NCBI GenBank assembly: GCA_900542185.1
Contig: UQMZ01000001.1
Coordinates: 65,035-129,034, forward strand
DNA length: 64,000 nt
Direction of reading: 5' to 3'
Source: an uncultured Bacteroidales bacterium
Lineage (GTDB): Bacteria > Bacteroidota > Bacteroidia > Bacteroidales > Muribaculaceae
Positions within the stretch are counted from its first letter, which is position 1. Each line of letters opens with the position of its first letter. The position numbers were made by a program, and so were the translations under genes. The notes beneath the pieces are model-generated. The model saw only the letters and a list, made by a program, of their open reading frames with translations, was not told the DNA's origin and ran no database searches. Below, one piece after another: positions 41,869 through 51,772 of the stretch.

Positions 41869-43329
41869 ATGAAAATTACAGAATTGCAGCCTGCCCTGGT
41901 GTGGCAGGCGTTTGACGAGATTACGAAAGTACCGCGTCCCACTCATCACTTGGCCAAGATGAAGGCGTTTCTGCTGGACTGGGCCAAGCGTCACGGCATC
42001 GAGGCCGAGGCCGACGAGGTAGGTAACGTGGTGATGCGCGTTCCGGCCACTCCCGGCCATGAGAATGCTCCGGTTGTGGTGCTTCAGGGACATCAGGACA
42101 TGGTGGCCGAGAAGCTGCCGGAAGTGAAGCATGACTTCCTGGAGGATCCCATCACGACGGTTGTGGACGGCGACTGGGTACGTGCCGAGGGCACGACATT
42201 GGGCGCCGACAATGGAATGGGCTGCGCTTCGGCCATGGCCTGTCTTACGGATCCCGATTTAGTACACGGCCCGCTCGAGGCACTCTTTACCGTCGACGAG
42301 GAGCAGGGTCTGATCGGAGCCAACGGACTGCAGGCCGGCTTCATCACAGGCGATATCCTGCTGAACCTCGACTCCGAGGAGATGGGCCAGCTGGTGATCG
42401 GCTGCGCCGGCGGCAAGGTGACGGAATGCCGTCTGCCTTACACCATGGAGGAGGCTCCGTCAAACTACGAGAGCCTGAAGGTCAGCCTGAGCGGACTTAA
42501 GGGAGGTCATTCCGGCATGGAAATAGGACTGGGACGCGCCAACGCCAACCAGCAGTTGGCCCGCGTGCTGTGGGAAGCCGATGCACATGTCACCAACATA
42601 GAGGTGTCGGAGATAGACGGAGGCAACTTAGCTAACGCCATCCCGCGCGACGCCCATGCCGTGGTGGCCGTTAGCCGCGACGCCGTGGCCGACTTCGAGC
42701 GTTTCATCAACGACTTCAACCGTCAGCTGCACGCGGAATTCGACATGGCCGAGAACCATGATTTCCAGCTGAAGGTAGAGAAGGTGGAGCGTCGCCCCAA
42801 GGTGATTGAATCTTCCGTGTCGCACCGTCTGATAGCCGCATTGTACTGCTGCCCCAACGGTGTGCAGGGGATGTCGCTGGCCATCGAGGGCCTGATAGAG
42901 ACGTCGTGCAACCTGGCATCGGTCAAGATGGTGGAGAACGACACGATATTAGTGACTGTGCATCAGCGCAGCTCAGTGGATTCGCGCCGCGACGAGATAG
43001 CCGACCGCATCAGCGCGTTGTTCGGCATGATCGGCGCCGACGTGACGTTCGATGACGCATACGTGGGCTGGAGCCCGAATCCGCAGTCGAAGGTGCTGAA
43101 AGTGGCCGAGGCCTCGTACCGCGACCTGTTCGGCAAGGAGGCGAAGGTAGAGGCGCTGCACGCCGGTCTGGAGACGGGACTGTTCCTGGAGAAGATGCCT
43201 CATCTGGACATGATCAGCTTCGGCCCGACGCTGAAGAACATCCACTCGCCGAGCGAGCGCGCCAACATCCAGTCGGTGGCCGAGTTCTACCGCCTGCTGA
43301 AGGAAATCATCACCCGGTTGGCAAACTGA
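41869..43329 (+). CDS. pepD: Aminoacyl-histidine dipeptidase PepD, copy 2 (486 aa; about 55-60% identical to copy 1 by eye)
   Basis: Same motif set as copy 1 (PATPGHENAPVVVLQGHQDMV, GTTLGADNGMGCA). Confidence 0.85.
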   Translation: MKITELQPALVWQAFDEITKVPRPTHHLAKMKAFLLDWAKRHGIEAEADEVGNVVMRVPATPGHENAPVVVLQGHQDMVAEKLPEVKHDFLEDPITTVVDGDWVRAEGTTLGADNGMGCASAMACLTDPDLVHGPLEALFTVDEEQGLIGANGLQAGFITGDILLNLDSEEMGQLVIGCAGGKVTECRLPYTMEEAPSNYESLKVSLSGLKGGHSGMEIGLGRANANQQLARVLWEADAHVTNIEVSEIDGGNLANAIPRDAHAVVAVSRDAVADFERFINDFNRQLHAEFDMAENHDFQLKVEKVERRPKVIESSVSHRLIAALYCCPNGVQGMSLAIEGLIETSCNLASVKMVENDTILVTVHQRSSVDSRRDEIADRISALFGMIGADVTFDDAYVGWSPNPQSKVLKVAEASYRDLFGKEAKVEALHAGLETGLFLEKMPHLDMISFGPTLKNIHSPSERANIQSVAEFYRLLKEIITRLAN

Positions 43330-43480
43330 CGTAAACAGACATTATATAACGAGGGCGTGCCGAAATGCAATATATGGCACGCCCTTGTTGCGTCCGGACG
43401 GTAACGTTCATAAATTAAGGAGCACGGAGTAAACAATTCAGGGGCACGCGAGGTTAATAAATACAGAGAAACACGAAAAG

Positions 43481-44131
43481 ATGGTAGATTTTTTATCCAT
43501 AGGAGTATTTATCGACGGAGGCTATTACGCCAAGATCAACCGTGCGCTGAAGGCCCGCGACCGCAGCATCATCAAGGTCAGCGCGCTGTTCGAATACATC
43601 TGCTCGGAGATATCGATGCAGGAGGGCATCAACATATCGGACTGTCAGATTACGGAGGCCCACTATTTCCGCGGACGTTTCCGCGTGAAGGAGGCATACG
43701 ACAAGCATCTGCTGTACAACGAGCGGAAATTCGAGGATACGTTGATAGAGAATGACGTGGTGTTCCACTACAAACATCTGCGCGAGGTGGAACGTGACGG
43801 CCAGACCGAGGTGATAGAGAAGGGCGTGGACGTATGGTTTGCCCTGGAGGCATACGAGCTGGCGCGGTTCCGTCATTTCGACTACGTGGTGCTGATTACA
43901 GGAGACGCCGATCACGAAATGCTGGTGCGCAAGCTGAAGGCGCTGAAGATCAAGACCGTATTGCTGACATGGAATCTGACCGACGTGGACATGACGTCGT
44001 CGCTGCTGCGCGACGAAGCCGGCCAGCACTGGGAGCTCTCGCAGATGGTGGACGGCGATCCGCAGCTGCGCAAGATGATTCTGTACAGGCTGCGTGAGCC
44101 GGCGGTGAACTATCTTGGCGATAATTTCTGA
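43481..44131 (+). CDS. NYN-domain (LabA/PIN-like) protein, 216 aa
   Basis: FIDGGYY at the N-terminus and the VLITGDADH acidic motif of NYN nucleases. Confidence 0.6.
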   Translation: MVDFLSIGVFIDGGYYAKINRALKARDRSIIKVSALFEYICSEISMQEGINISDCQITEAHYFRGRFRVKEAYDKHLLYNERKFEDTLIENDVVFHYKHLREVERDGQTEVIEKGVDVWFALEAYELARFRHFDYVVLITGDADHEMLVRKLKALKIKTVLLTWNLTDVDMTSSLLRDEAGQHWELSQMVDGDPQLRKMILYRLREPAVNYLGDNF

Positions 44132-44193
44132 TCGTGTCTCGCGCATTGGCGAATTACTAATTGCTCATTATTAATTATAAATAAGTTCGGGTT

Positions 44194-44727
44194 ATGAAAA
44201 CAGGAAAAATCAAAGGTCTGCTTATGACTATGGCCGTCATGGCCTTGACGATGATGGCATCGTGCGGCGAAGGCGTGAAACCGGAAGAAGTAGCCGCCAA
44301 GATTGACGCGCAGGAAGAACTGTCGCAGAAGGACTATGCCGCAGTGCTGGACTATTGCGGCGACTATGCCAAGAAGGCTCAGCAATACTTCGAGATCATC
44401 AACTCGCAGCCTAACGATTCGACCGCGGAATACATCCGCGCAGCCGAGGATATGGCCGCGCTGGTGCAGGAATATCCTTATCTGGACATGTTCCGCAACG
44501 TGGTGTATAATCTGAAGGACTCGGATCTTGACAAGGAGAATCAGAAGAAGGTGGAGGAATACACCAAGTACCAGGCATTCCCGTTGCCGGAAGGGGCAGG
44601 TCCCGACCTGTCGACGCCCGGCGTGGTGGGTGATATAGAAGACATGCCCTCGCAGGCCGGCACGGACAGCACCGGCGTCATATCGCAGGGCGACGGCGTA
44701 GTGGTTGACGAAACTGTCGGCAAATAA
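44194..44727 (+). CDS. Hypothetical lipoprotein, 177 aa
   Basis: Lipoprotein signal (LTMMASCGEG). No recognisable domain. Confidence 0.5.
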   Translation: MKTGKIKGLLMTMAVMALTMMASCGEGVKPEEVAAKIDAQEELSQKDYAAVLDYCGDYAKKAQQYFEIINSQPNDSTAEYIRAAEDMAALVQEYPYLDMFRNVVYNLKDSDLDKENQKKVEEYTKYQAFPLPEGAGPDLSTPGVVGDIEDMPSQAGTDSTGVISQGDGVVVDETVGK

Positions 44728-44845
44728 CATTGTTACGACCCCGGCAGAAGTCCGGCCAATATCCCGTATCCAGGCTCCGCATGGTTCCCATGCCGGGGCC
44801 TTGTCGTGTTCAGTCCATCATCTATGGCAATGAAAAGCTTTTAGG

Positions 44846-46204
44846 CTACATCACGCCGCCTCCGACGGCGTGATAGAGGTTTATGACCGCATGTATGAGG
44901 TCGAAGCGATGTTGCGCAAGGGTCATTTCTGCATCGAGAAGTGTCTGCTGGGCTGTCAGCACTTCAAGATAGGTGGTGCCGGAGTGTCGCATCAGCAATT
45001 GTGTCTTGCGTACAGCTTCATTCAAGGCCTCGACCTGACGCCCTGATATGTCAATCTGTGATTTTGCCGTCTGCCATGCGGTCAAGGCATCGTTTACCTC
45101 CTTGCCGGCATCAAGCAGCGACTGTTGGAAATGCAGCCGTGCTTCCTCCTGTTGTGTTTTGGCTATTTTCAGATTTGCGATGTTGGTTCCACGGTTGAAC
45201 AAAGGCTGAGTAAGAGAGCCGATAGCATTCAGCAGCCACTGGCCGGGATTGGTTATGATTCCACCGCCGTTATTAGTCCATCCAAGTGTGCCGGAAAGGG
45301 TTATGCTCGGATAAAAGGCGGCTCTCGCAACATTTGTGGCATAAAAAGCCTGCGCGAGATTCATCTCGGCATTCCGCACATCGGGCCGGTTGGAAAGCAG
45401 TTGCAAAGGAACTCCTATTGAAATGGTATCCGGGAAAGAAGCATCCGCCAGATTCCCGCGCCGTATTGTCTGCGAAGGCATGGCAAGAACAGATGACAAA
45501 GCGTTCTCTGTCTCTGAAATGCTTTTGAGGATAGCCAGACGGGAGGCCTCAAGTTCCATTACACTCGACTTCGCCTGCAATACTCCCGCCTCGTTGGATT
45601 TACCGACCCTTTTCAAAGCCTCAAGGGCCTTTACCGTATTGCGCCAGTTTTCAAGTGTCCTGCCGTTGATTTCAAACTGTGCGTCAAGCATCGTCAGCGT
45701 ATAGTAACTGTCGGCGATTGTGGCGATGAGGCGGGTCTGAACCGCCTGCCGGTAATCACGGCTTCCTTCTAATGCTGCGACCGCTCCACGTTTCGCCGAT
45801 GTCAATTTGCCGAATATGTCAAGTTCCCAATTCGCTCCCGCACCGATGTTATATGTCTTGTCAGTGTTTCCGTCGTATCGGCTCACACCTCCTTCCGCCG
45901 TCAGCCCCATAGACGGGAGATAAGCCAGTTTTGCCGCTGACAGAGAGGCTTCCGCCGCTTCGACACGCAGTCTGGCAATGTGCAAATCAGTATTGGCAGA
46001 CAACCCTTTTTCAATCAACGACTGGAGACAGGTGTCGCTGAACATCTCGCGCCACGGCAATGAAGCGATTGTCGAAGTGTCGTTTGCCGCAGGTAAATTA
46101 CGGTAAATTCCGTCAGTCGATACTTCCGGTCTGGCATAGCGGCTGTAAGTGCCGCAACCGGCAAGCATCAGAAGTGAGAATATGATCAATACAGTATTTT
46201 TCAT
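44846..46204 (-). CDS. TolC-family outer-membrane efflux channel, 452 aa
   Basis: Lipoprotein-like signal and the two-repeat OEP architecture. Last gene of the RND operon. Confidence 0.75.
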   Translation of the reverse strand: MKNTVLIIFSLLMLAGCGTYSRYARPEVSTDGIYRNLPAANDTSTIASLPWREMFSDTCLQSLIEKGLSANTDLHIARLRVEAAEASLSAAKLAYLPSMGLTAEGGVSRYDGNTDKTYNIGAGANWELDIFGKLTSAKRGAVAALEGSRDYRQAVQTRLIATIADSYYTLTMLDAQFEINGRTLENWRNTVKALEALKRVGKSNEAGVLQAKSSVMELEASRLAILKSISETENALSSVLAMPSQTIRRGNLADASFPDTISIGVPLQLLSNRPDVRNAEMNLAQAFYATNVARAAFYPSITLSGTLGWTNNGGGIITNPGQWLLNAIGSLTQPLFNRGTNIANLKIAKTQQEEARLHFQQSLLDAGKEVNDALTAWQTAKSQIDISGRQVEALNEAVRKTQLLMRHSGTTYLEVLTAQQTLLDAEMTLAQHRFDLIHAVINLYHAVGGGVM

Positions 46205-49200
46205 CTTTTACGCATTACTCGTTCCTGAATATGTTGAAACACAATGAACAGCGACGGCACAAGAAACAGCAGCGCCAGTGTACCCACGATCATGCCGCCG
46301 ATTACACCTGTGGCAAGGGAACGGCTGCCGTTTGCTCCGACGCCATGCGCCAGCATCAGGGGGACAAGGCCGAATACCATAGCCAGCACCGTCATCAGAA
46401 TCGGGCGCAGACGCACCTTGGCCGCGCTGTATGCAGCTTTTACCAGGGACATCCCTTCGGCACGGCGCTTTTCGGCATACTCAGTCAGCAGAATTGCTGT
46501 CTTGGCAAGAAGTCCGATAATCATGATCAGTCCTGTCTGCATATAGATATTGTTCTCAAGGTCGAACATCCACGCGAACAGGAAACTTCCCATCAGTCCG
46601 CAGGGTACAGAAAGCAGCACGGCAAACGGCACGAACAGGCTTTCGTAGAGAGCGCACAATATCAGATAGACAAGCACGAAACATAAAATAAAGATTAATG
46701 TCGCGTTGTTGGTTGTCTTACTTTCCTCACGCGAGAGTCCGCCGAACTCATAGCCGTATGACGACGGAAGCACCTCCTGCGCAGTCTCGCTGATAGCCTT
46801 TATTGCCTGACCGGAACTGTAGCCCGGTGCCGGAGTGCCGTTGATGGCTATTGCGTTGAACAGATTGAAACGGGTAAGATCCGAAGGCCCGTTGGTCTTT
46901 GTCAGGCGCACGAACTGACTGAGCGGTGCCATTGAACCGTCAGAGGTGCGCACATACATCATATTAAGCGATTCCGGATTTATACGGTATTCCGACGGTG
47001 CCTGCATCGTAACATGGTAGAGCTTGGAGAAACGGTTGAAGTCCGATACATAGCCGCCGGTATAGTAGCCCGACAGAGTGGACAGCACTTCTGACGGCGA
47101 AACGCCCGACTGCCCGCATTTTGCCGCGTCGATATCCACCCAATACTGCGGATAATCCGTGGCGAAGGAGGAATACACCTCGCCGATTTCAGGTCGCCGG
47201 GACAATGCCTCGACAAACTTGTCAGCTTCTTTCTTGAAGGAATTTATATCTCCGCCCGACTTGTCCTGAAGATACAGATCGAAACCGTTGCCCATGCCAT
47301 ATCCGGCAATCATAGGGGGAGACATGGCAAACACGGTGGCATCCGGAATGTCGGATGTACGGGCATAGATTTTCTCTATCACGTCATCGACCGACTGCCC
47401 TTCGTCTTTGCGCTCTTTCCAATCCTTAAGCGTCATGAAATACATGGCTTGCGACGAACCGGAACCGTTGAAGGAGAATCCTGCCACACCTCCATTGAAT
47501 TCAATCTCGCCTATGCTGTCGAGACTATGGTTTATCCGGTCCATCACTTTTTGAGTCTGAGCCATTGAGGAACCGGGCTTTGTGTTCATGCTCACCATTA
47601 CCGTGCCGGTGTCCTCTTGCGGTATGAGTCCGGTTTTGGTGACATTCATGAGAATCACGAGCAGCACTATTGACACTCCGATTACACTCCACAGCAGCCA
47701 TCTGCGGTGTATCACATAAAGCACCCCACGCACATAGCGGTTGCTCATGCGGTTGAAAACGGCATTGAACGCCTTACGGAAACGGGCGGCGAAATTGTTT
47801 TTCGCATTTCCTTCTTCATCTGTATAGGGTTTCAGCAACAAAGCGCAAAGAGCCGGAGCCAACGTGAAGGCATTGATTGCAGAAATGCCGACAGCCACAG
47901 CCATCGTGATGCCGAACTGGGCATAGAAAGAGCCGGACGTTCCTCCCATCATTGCCACCGGAATGAATACCGCCATAAATATTATTGTGGAAGTCAGCAC
48001 GGCAGACGACACATTCTTCATCGCATCGTCGGCGGCAAGCACGGGAGAACGGTAACCTTCATCGAACTTTGCCTGCACAGCCTCTACCACCACTATCGCG
48101 TCATCGACCACCGTTCCGATAGCCAAGACAAGGGCGAACAGTGTGAGCAGATTGATAGAGAAACCAATCAGCGACATAACGGCGAACGTGCCGATAATCG
48201 ATACAAAAATAGAGATCGTCGGAATCAGCGTCGATTTTATATCCTGAAGGAACACATACACCACAATCACCACGAGCAATATTGCTTCAAGCAACGTGCG
48301 TATCACCGAATGAATCGAAGCATAGAGAAACTTGTTTGTATCTGTAAGCACAACAAATTCAGTACCTTTCGGAAGACTGCCCTTGATTTCGTCCAATACT
48401 TCATGTATCTCGTTGATTGTGCTGGATGCGTTTGACCCTGCTTTCTGATTTATCAGCATCATGGCTGCGGGATGTCCGTTCACTTCCGACGAATAGTTGT
48501 AATACTCGTCGCCAAGCTCCACATCCGCCACATCCTTCAAGCGCAATACATCACCACCAGGCAACGATTTGATTACAAGTTCTCCGAACTCCTCAGCCGT
48601 AGAGAGACGACCGCGATATTTCATCGTGTATTCATTTGCCGTCTGATGGTTGGCACCGAAAGAGCCGGTGGCAGCCTCTATGTTCTGCCCTGCAAGCACA
48701 TTTGAAATATCGTCGGGGATAAGTCCGTATTGCGCCATCCTGTCGGGCTTAAGCCACAGACGCATACTGTAGTTGGAGCCGAAAAGCTGTGCCTTGCCCA
48801 CTCCGCTGATACGTTTCAGCCGTGGCTCGACATTTATCTTGACGTAGTTATTGAGGAAAGTCTGGTCAAAACGGTCGTCGGGAGAATACAGCGCGAAAGT
48901 CAGAAGCTCGGCGTTCTGCTGTTTCTCAGTGGTGACACCGGTCTTGGTGGCTTCCGCCGGGAGTTGGCTAAGCACTCCGTTGACACGGTTCTGTACGTTG
49001 ACAGCCGCCATGTCAGCGTTGGCACCTTGCTTGAAATAGATCATGATTGACGCATCGCCTGTATTCGAAGCGGTCGAAGTCATATATGTCATGTCTTCCA
49101 CGCCGTTGATAGCTTCCTCCAAAGGAGCAATGACAGCTTTCTGCACGGTCTCGGCATTTGCGCCGGGATATGTGGCCCAGACATTGATGGTCGGAGGCGC

Positions 49201-49317
49201 GATGTCGGGATATTGTTCCACCGGCAAAGAAAAGATGGCAATCGCTCCCATCAGCACGATTACTACCGAAATCACCCCGGAAAACACCGGGCGGTCTATG
49301 AAGAAGCGCAGGTTCAT
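46201..49317 (-). CDS. RND efflux permease (AcrB/MexB-like), 1038 aa
   Basis: Classic N-terminus MNLRFFIDRPVFSGVISVVIVLMG, 12-TM architecture, and overlaps with both neighbouring genes. Confidence 0.85.
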   Translation of the reverse strand: MNLRFFIDRPVFSGVISVVIVLMGAIAIFSLPVEQYPDIAPPTINVWATYPGANAETVQKAVIAPLEEAINGVEDMTYMTSTASNTGDASIMIYFKQGANADMAAVNVQNRVNGVLSQLPAEATKTGVTTEKQQNAELLTFALYSPDDRFDQTFLNNYVKINVEPRLKRISGVGKAQLFGSNYSMRLWLKPDRMAQYGLIPDDISNVLAGQNIEAATGSFGANHQTANEYTMKYRGRLSTAEEFGELVIKSLPGGDVLRLKDVADVELGDEYYNYSSEVNGHPAAMMLINQKAGSNASSTINEIHEVLDEIKGSLPKGTEFVVLTDTNKFLYASIHSVIRTLLEAILLVVIVVYVFLQDIKSTLIPTISIFVSIIGTFAVMSLIGFSINLLTLFALVLAIGTVVDDAIVVVEAVQAKFDEGYRSPVLAADDAMKNVSSAVLTSTIIFMAVFIPVAMMGGTSGSFYAQFGITMAVAVGISAINAFTLAPALCALLLKPYTDEEGNAKNNFAARFRKAFNAVFNRMSNRYVRGVLYVIHRRWLLWSVIGVSIVLLVILMNVTKTGLIPQEDTGTVMVSMNTKPGSSMAQTQKVMDRINHSLDSIGEIEFNGGVAGFSFNGSGSSQAMYFMTLKDWKERKDEGQSVDDVIEKIYARTSDIPDATVFAMSPPMIAGYGMGNGFDLYLQDKSGGDINSFKKEADKFVEALSRRPEIGEVYSSFATDYPQYWVDIDAAKCGQSGVSPSEVLSTLSGYYTGGYVSDFNRFSKLYHVTMQAPSEYRINPESLNMMYVRTSDGSMAPLSQFVRLTKTNGPSDLTRFNLFNAIAINGTPAPGYSSGQAIKAISETAQEVLPSSYGYEFGGLSREESKTTNNATLIFILCFVLVYLILCALYESLFVPFAVLLSVPCGLMGSFLFAWMFDLENNIYMQTGLIMIIGLLAKTAILLTEYAEKRRAEGMSLVKAAYSAAKVRLRPILMTVLAMVFGLVPLMLAHGVGANGSRSLATGVIGGMIVGTLALLFLVPSLFIVFQHIQERVMRKR

Positions 49318-50438
49318 TTCTTCTCCGTTTTAGGGGTGACGGACATTCCTTCCTTTACCAATCCCACGCCCTCTGATATGATTGTATCTCCCACGTCAAG
49401 ACCATCTTTCACTATATAGTTGTTGCCGTCATTCAGACGGTCAACGGTAAGATATGCGGCTTCGGCCTTACCGTTTTTAAGTCGATATGCTATGATTTTG
49501 TCCTGCAACTCGACTGTGGCTGTCATGGGAACGACAATAGCATCCGAGCCTGATCCCTGAATGACGACATTGCCGATTGTACCGCTCAAAAGCTCTTTGT
49601 CCGGATTCGGAAACAGAGCCTTTATCTGTACGGCGCCGGTTGTGGAATTGACGACTCCGCTTATTGTTTCTATCTTTCCCCCTGGTTCGTAGAATGAACC
49701 GTCGTTTAACTGAAGTTTGACCGCAGGCATCTCGCTTATAATTCTGTCTATCGAACCGTAACGCGAAACCAATTGACGCAATTTGTTTTCGGAGATGGAA
49801 AAATAGGCGTACATTTCAGAATTGTCCGATACCACGGTAAACGGTTGCTCTATTGTCGGACTGACGAGTGCGCCAATACGGTAAGGGAGCGTTCCTACCA
49901 CACCGTCGCTCGGACTTTTGATTTCAGTGTATGACAGATTGTTGCGTGCATCTGCTTCATGTGCTTTTGCCTGCTCTAACTCGGCCTGTGCCACAGCCAA
50001 TTGATTGCGTGCGACCGAGAGTTCATAATCGGAAACCACGTTTTCATCAAACAGGGATTGTTTCCCGTTAAGTTCGATGCGGGCTGTCTCGACTCTTGCT
50101 TTGGCGGCTCTTACATTGGCAACTGCCATGCGCAATGCGGCTTGATACGGCACCTGGTCGATGACGGCAAGCACCTGTCCGCGTCTCACGCGCTCGCCCT
50201 CCTTTACATACAGACGCGTTATGCGGCCCGAAACCTGAGGAATAATTTCCACATCCTGACGGCCACGGATTGAGGCTGAAAATGTCTCGGTAAGGTCCAC
50301 CTGTTGCTCTGATACAGTCAGTACGGATAATGACGGCGCTGTTCCCGTTTCATCTGTCGACGGCTTGCAGCCGGTCAGAATAATCAGACAACATGCTTCT
50401 GTAATGATGATGTTTCTTATTATTTCACGCTTTTTCAT
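49314..50438 (-). CDS. RND efflux periplasmic adaptor (membrane-fusion protein, AcrA-like), 374 aa
   Basis: Lipoprotein signal, coiled-coil hairpin and beta-barrel segments typical of the family. ATGA overlap with the RND permease gene. Confidence 0.8.
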   Translation of the reverse strand: MKKREIIRNIIITEACCLIILTGCKPSTDETGTAPSLSVLTVSEQQVDLTETFSASIRGRQDVEIIPQVSGRITRLYVKEGERVRRGQVLAVIDQVPYQAALRMAVANVRAAKARVETARIELNGKQSLFDENVVSDYELSVARNQLAVAQAELEQAKAHEADARNNLSYTEIKSPSDGVVGTLPYRIGALVSPTIEQPFTVVSDNSEMYAYFSISENKLRQLVSRYGSIDRIISEMPAVKLQLNDGSFYEPGGKIETISGVVNSTTGAVQIKALFPNPDKELLSGTIGNVVIQGSGSDAIVVPMTATVELQDKIIAYRLKNGKAEAAYLTVDRLNDGNNYIVKDGLDVGDTIISEGVGLVKEGMSVTPKTEKK

Positions 50439-50561
50439 TAGACGATTGTTTTAAGCAGCAAAATTATCTTCCTATTATGGAGTGTAAAAGGATAAACCGC
50501 ATGAGCCGGACAAAATGGGAGATGAAACGGACAATTCGGCAGTTGAACCGGCACTGGTGCC

Positions 50562-50615
50562 TTGTCCGCTTCATTTATTGTTTTGTCCGCTTCAACCGTT
50601 GATTTGTCCGGCTCG
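50562..50615. repeat. Three 12-bp direct repeats TTGTCCG(C/G)(T/C)TC(A/G) phased exactly 21 bp apart (50562, 50583, 50604)
   Basis: Read directly in the intergenic region between the divergent RND operon and the LytS/LytTR pair. Confidence 0.6.
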
Positions 50616-50699
50616 ATTGCTTTTTCCTATGAACCTCCGTTGCTATTATATACCTTTGCGGAAAAATGAGTAACTTTGCTCTAATAAAGTCATTGGCAG

Positions 50700-51761
50700 A
50701 TGGTAAGGCTGAAATACAAAATAATGAACTGGAGAGACGGGCTGCTATTATCCGCTGTCTCCTATATTCTGTATCTGATACTCTGGTTGATGCTTGATGA
50801 TGAGACATCGGAGCAACTCCCCGAAATGATATGGTATGATTACGTCATTGATTTTTCTGTCTGTGTAATATTCACCTATATATCGCTCGGTTTCTGCTAT
50901 TTGCTTTTCAAATTCCTGCCGTTCAGGACATCCTATCACTGGACTGTTGTCTACGCCTCATGTCTCCTGATAATCAACAATGCGGTAGCCTTTGGCATGG
51001 TCTCGTTGTTCGATTTCCTTTGGGGCGACCTCGGTGGGAACGCACTATACAATGAGTTGATGAACATGAAGGGCGCTTATACCTTCGCCATGATAGCTAC
51101 CTTCATATCGAGTGTATATGCCAACTCATTTTATCTAAAATCATATCTGAAAGCGCTGGACGAGAAACAGAAACTGGAGATCGCCCTTATCAAAGAAAAG
51201 GAAACTGCTTTGCAATTCCAGCTGAACTCTCTGAAACTCCAGATAAATCCGCATTTCCTTTTCAATAATTTCAGCACTCTGTCCGAACTGATAGAAAGCC
51301 ATCCGGCAACGGCAAGCGATTTCCTGTCGCATCTGTCAAAGGTTTACCGACATATCGTCCGGAACCTGAACGTCAATCTCATAGACCTCCGTGACGAACT
51401 GAAATTCATTGACTCATATTTCTATTTGATGAAACTCCGTCATGGAGAGGGAATAAAGGTAAACATTGACGATAGTCTGCGCACTTCGTACTATCAGATT
51501 CCTCCGGCCTCGTTGCAGCTGCTCGTCGAGAACGCAATCAAGCATAACGCCTTTTCCGCGGAACAGCCTCTAATTATCGACATAAGAGCTGAAAAGGATT
51601 ATCTCGTGGTAAGAAACCTGAAACAGCCGCTGGAGCATCCTGCCGAATCCACCGGTGTAGGTCAGTGGAACATCGCAAGCCGATATTCATTGTTAAGCTC
51701 AAAGGAAATCAGGATAGAGGACAGCGGCTGTTTCTATTCCGTCAGCGTTCCATTATTATAA
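50700..51761 (+). CDS. LytS/YehU-type sensor histidine kinase (His_kinase PF06580-type), 353 aa
   Basis: Multi-TM N-terminal region. PF06580 signature QINPHFLFNNFSTLSELI. C-terminal ATPase segment. Confidence 0.75.
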   Translation: MVRLKYKIMNWRDGLLLSAVSYILYLILWLMLDDETSEQLPEMIWYDYVIDFSVCVIFTYISLGFCYLLFKFLPFRTSYHWTVVYASCLLIINNAVAFGMVSLFDFLWGDLGGNALYNELMNMKGAYTFAMIATFISSVYANSFYLKSYLKALDEKQKLEIALIKEKETALQFQLNSLKLQINPHFLFNNFSTLSELIESHPATASDFLSHLSKVYRHIVRNLNVNLIDLRDELKFIDSYFYLMKLRHGEGIKVNIDDSLRTSYYQIPPASLQLLVENAIKHNAFSAEQPLIIDIRAEKDYLVVRNLKQPLEHPAESTGVGQWNIASRYSLLSSKEIRIEDSGCFYSVSVPLL

Positions 51762-51772
51762 AGACTCCGGTT

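Noticed and set aside
43493-44146. 217-aa minus-strand ORF
   Set aside because: Antisense to the NYN-domain gene, whose catalytic motifs identify the + strand as coding.
44728-44845. Possible inverted repeat CCCCGGCA ... TGCCGGGG downstream of the TolC-like gene
   Set aside because: The arms are separated by about 45 nt with no U-tract, so it is not convincing as a terminator.
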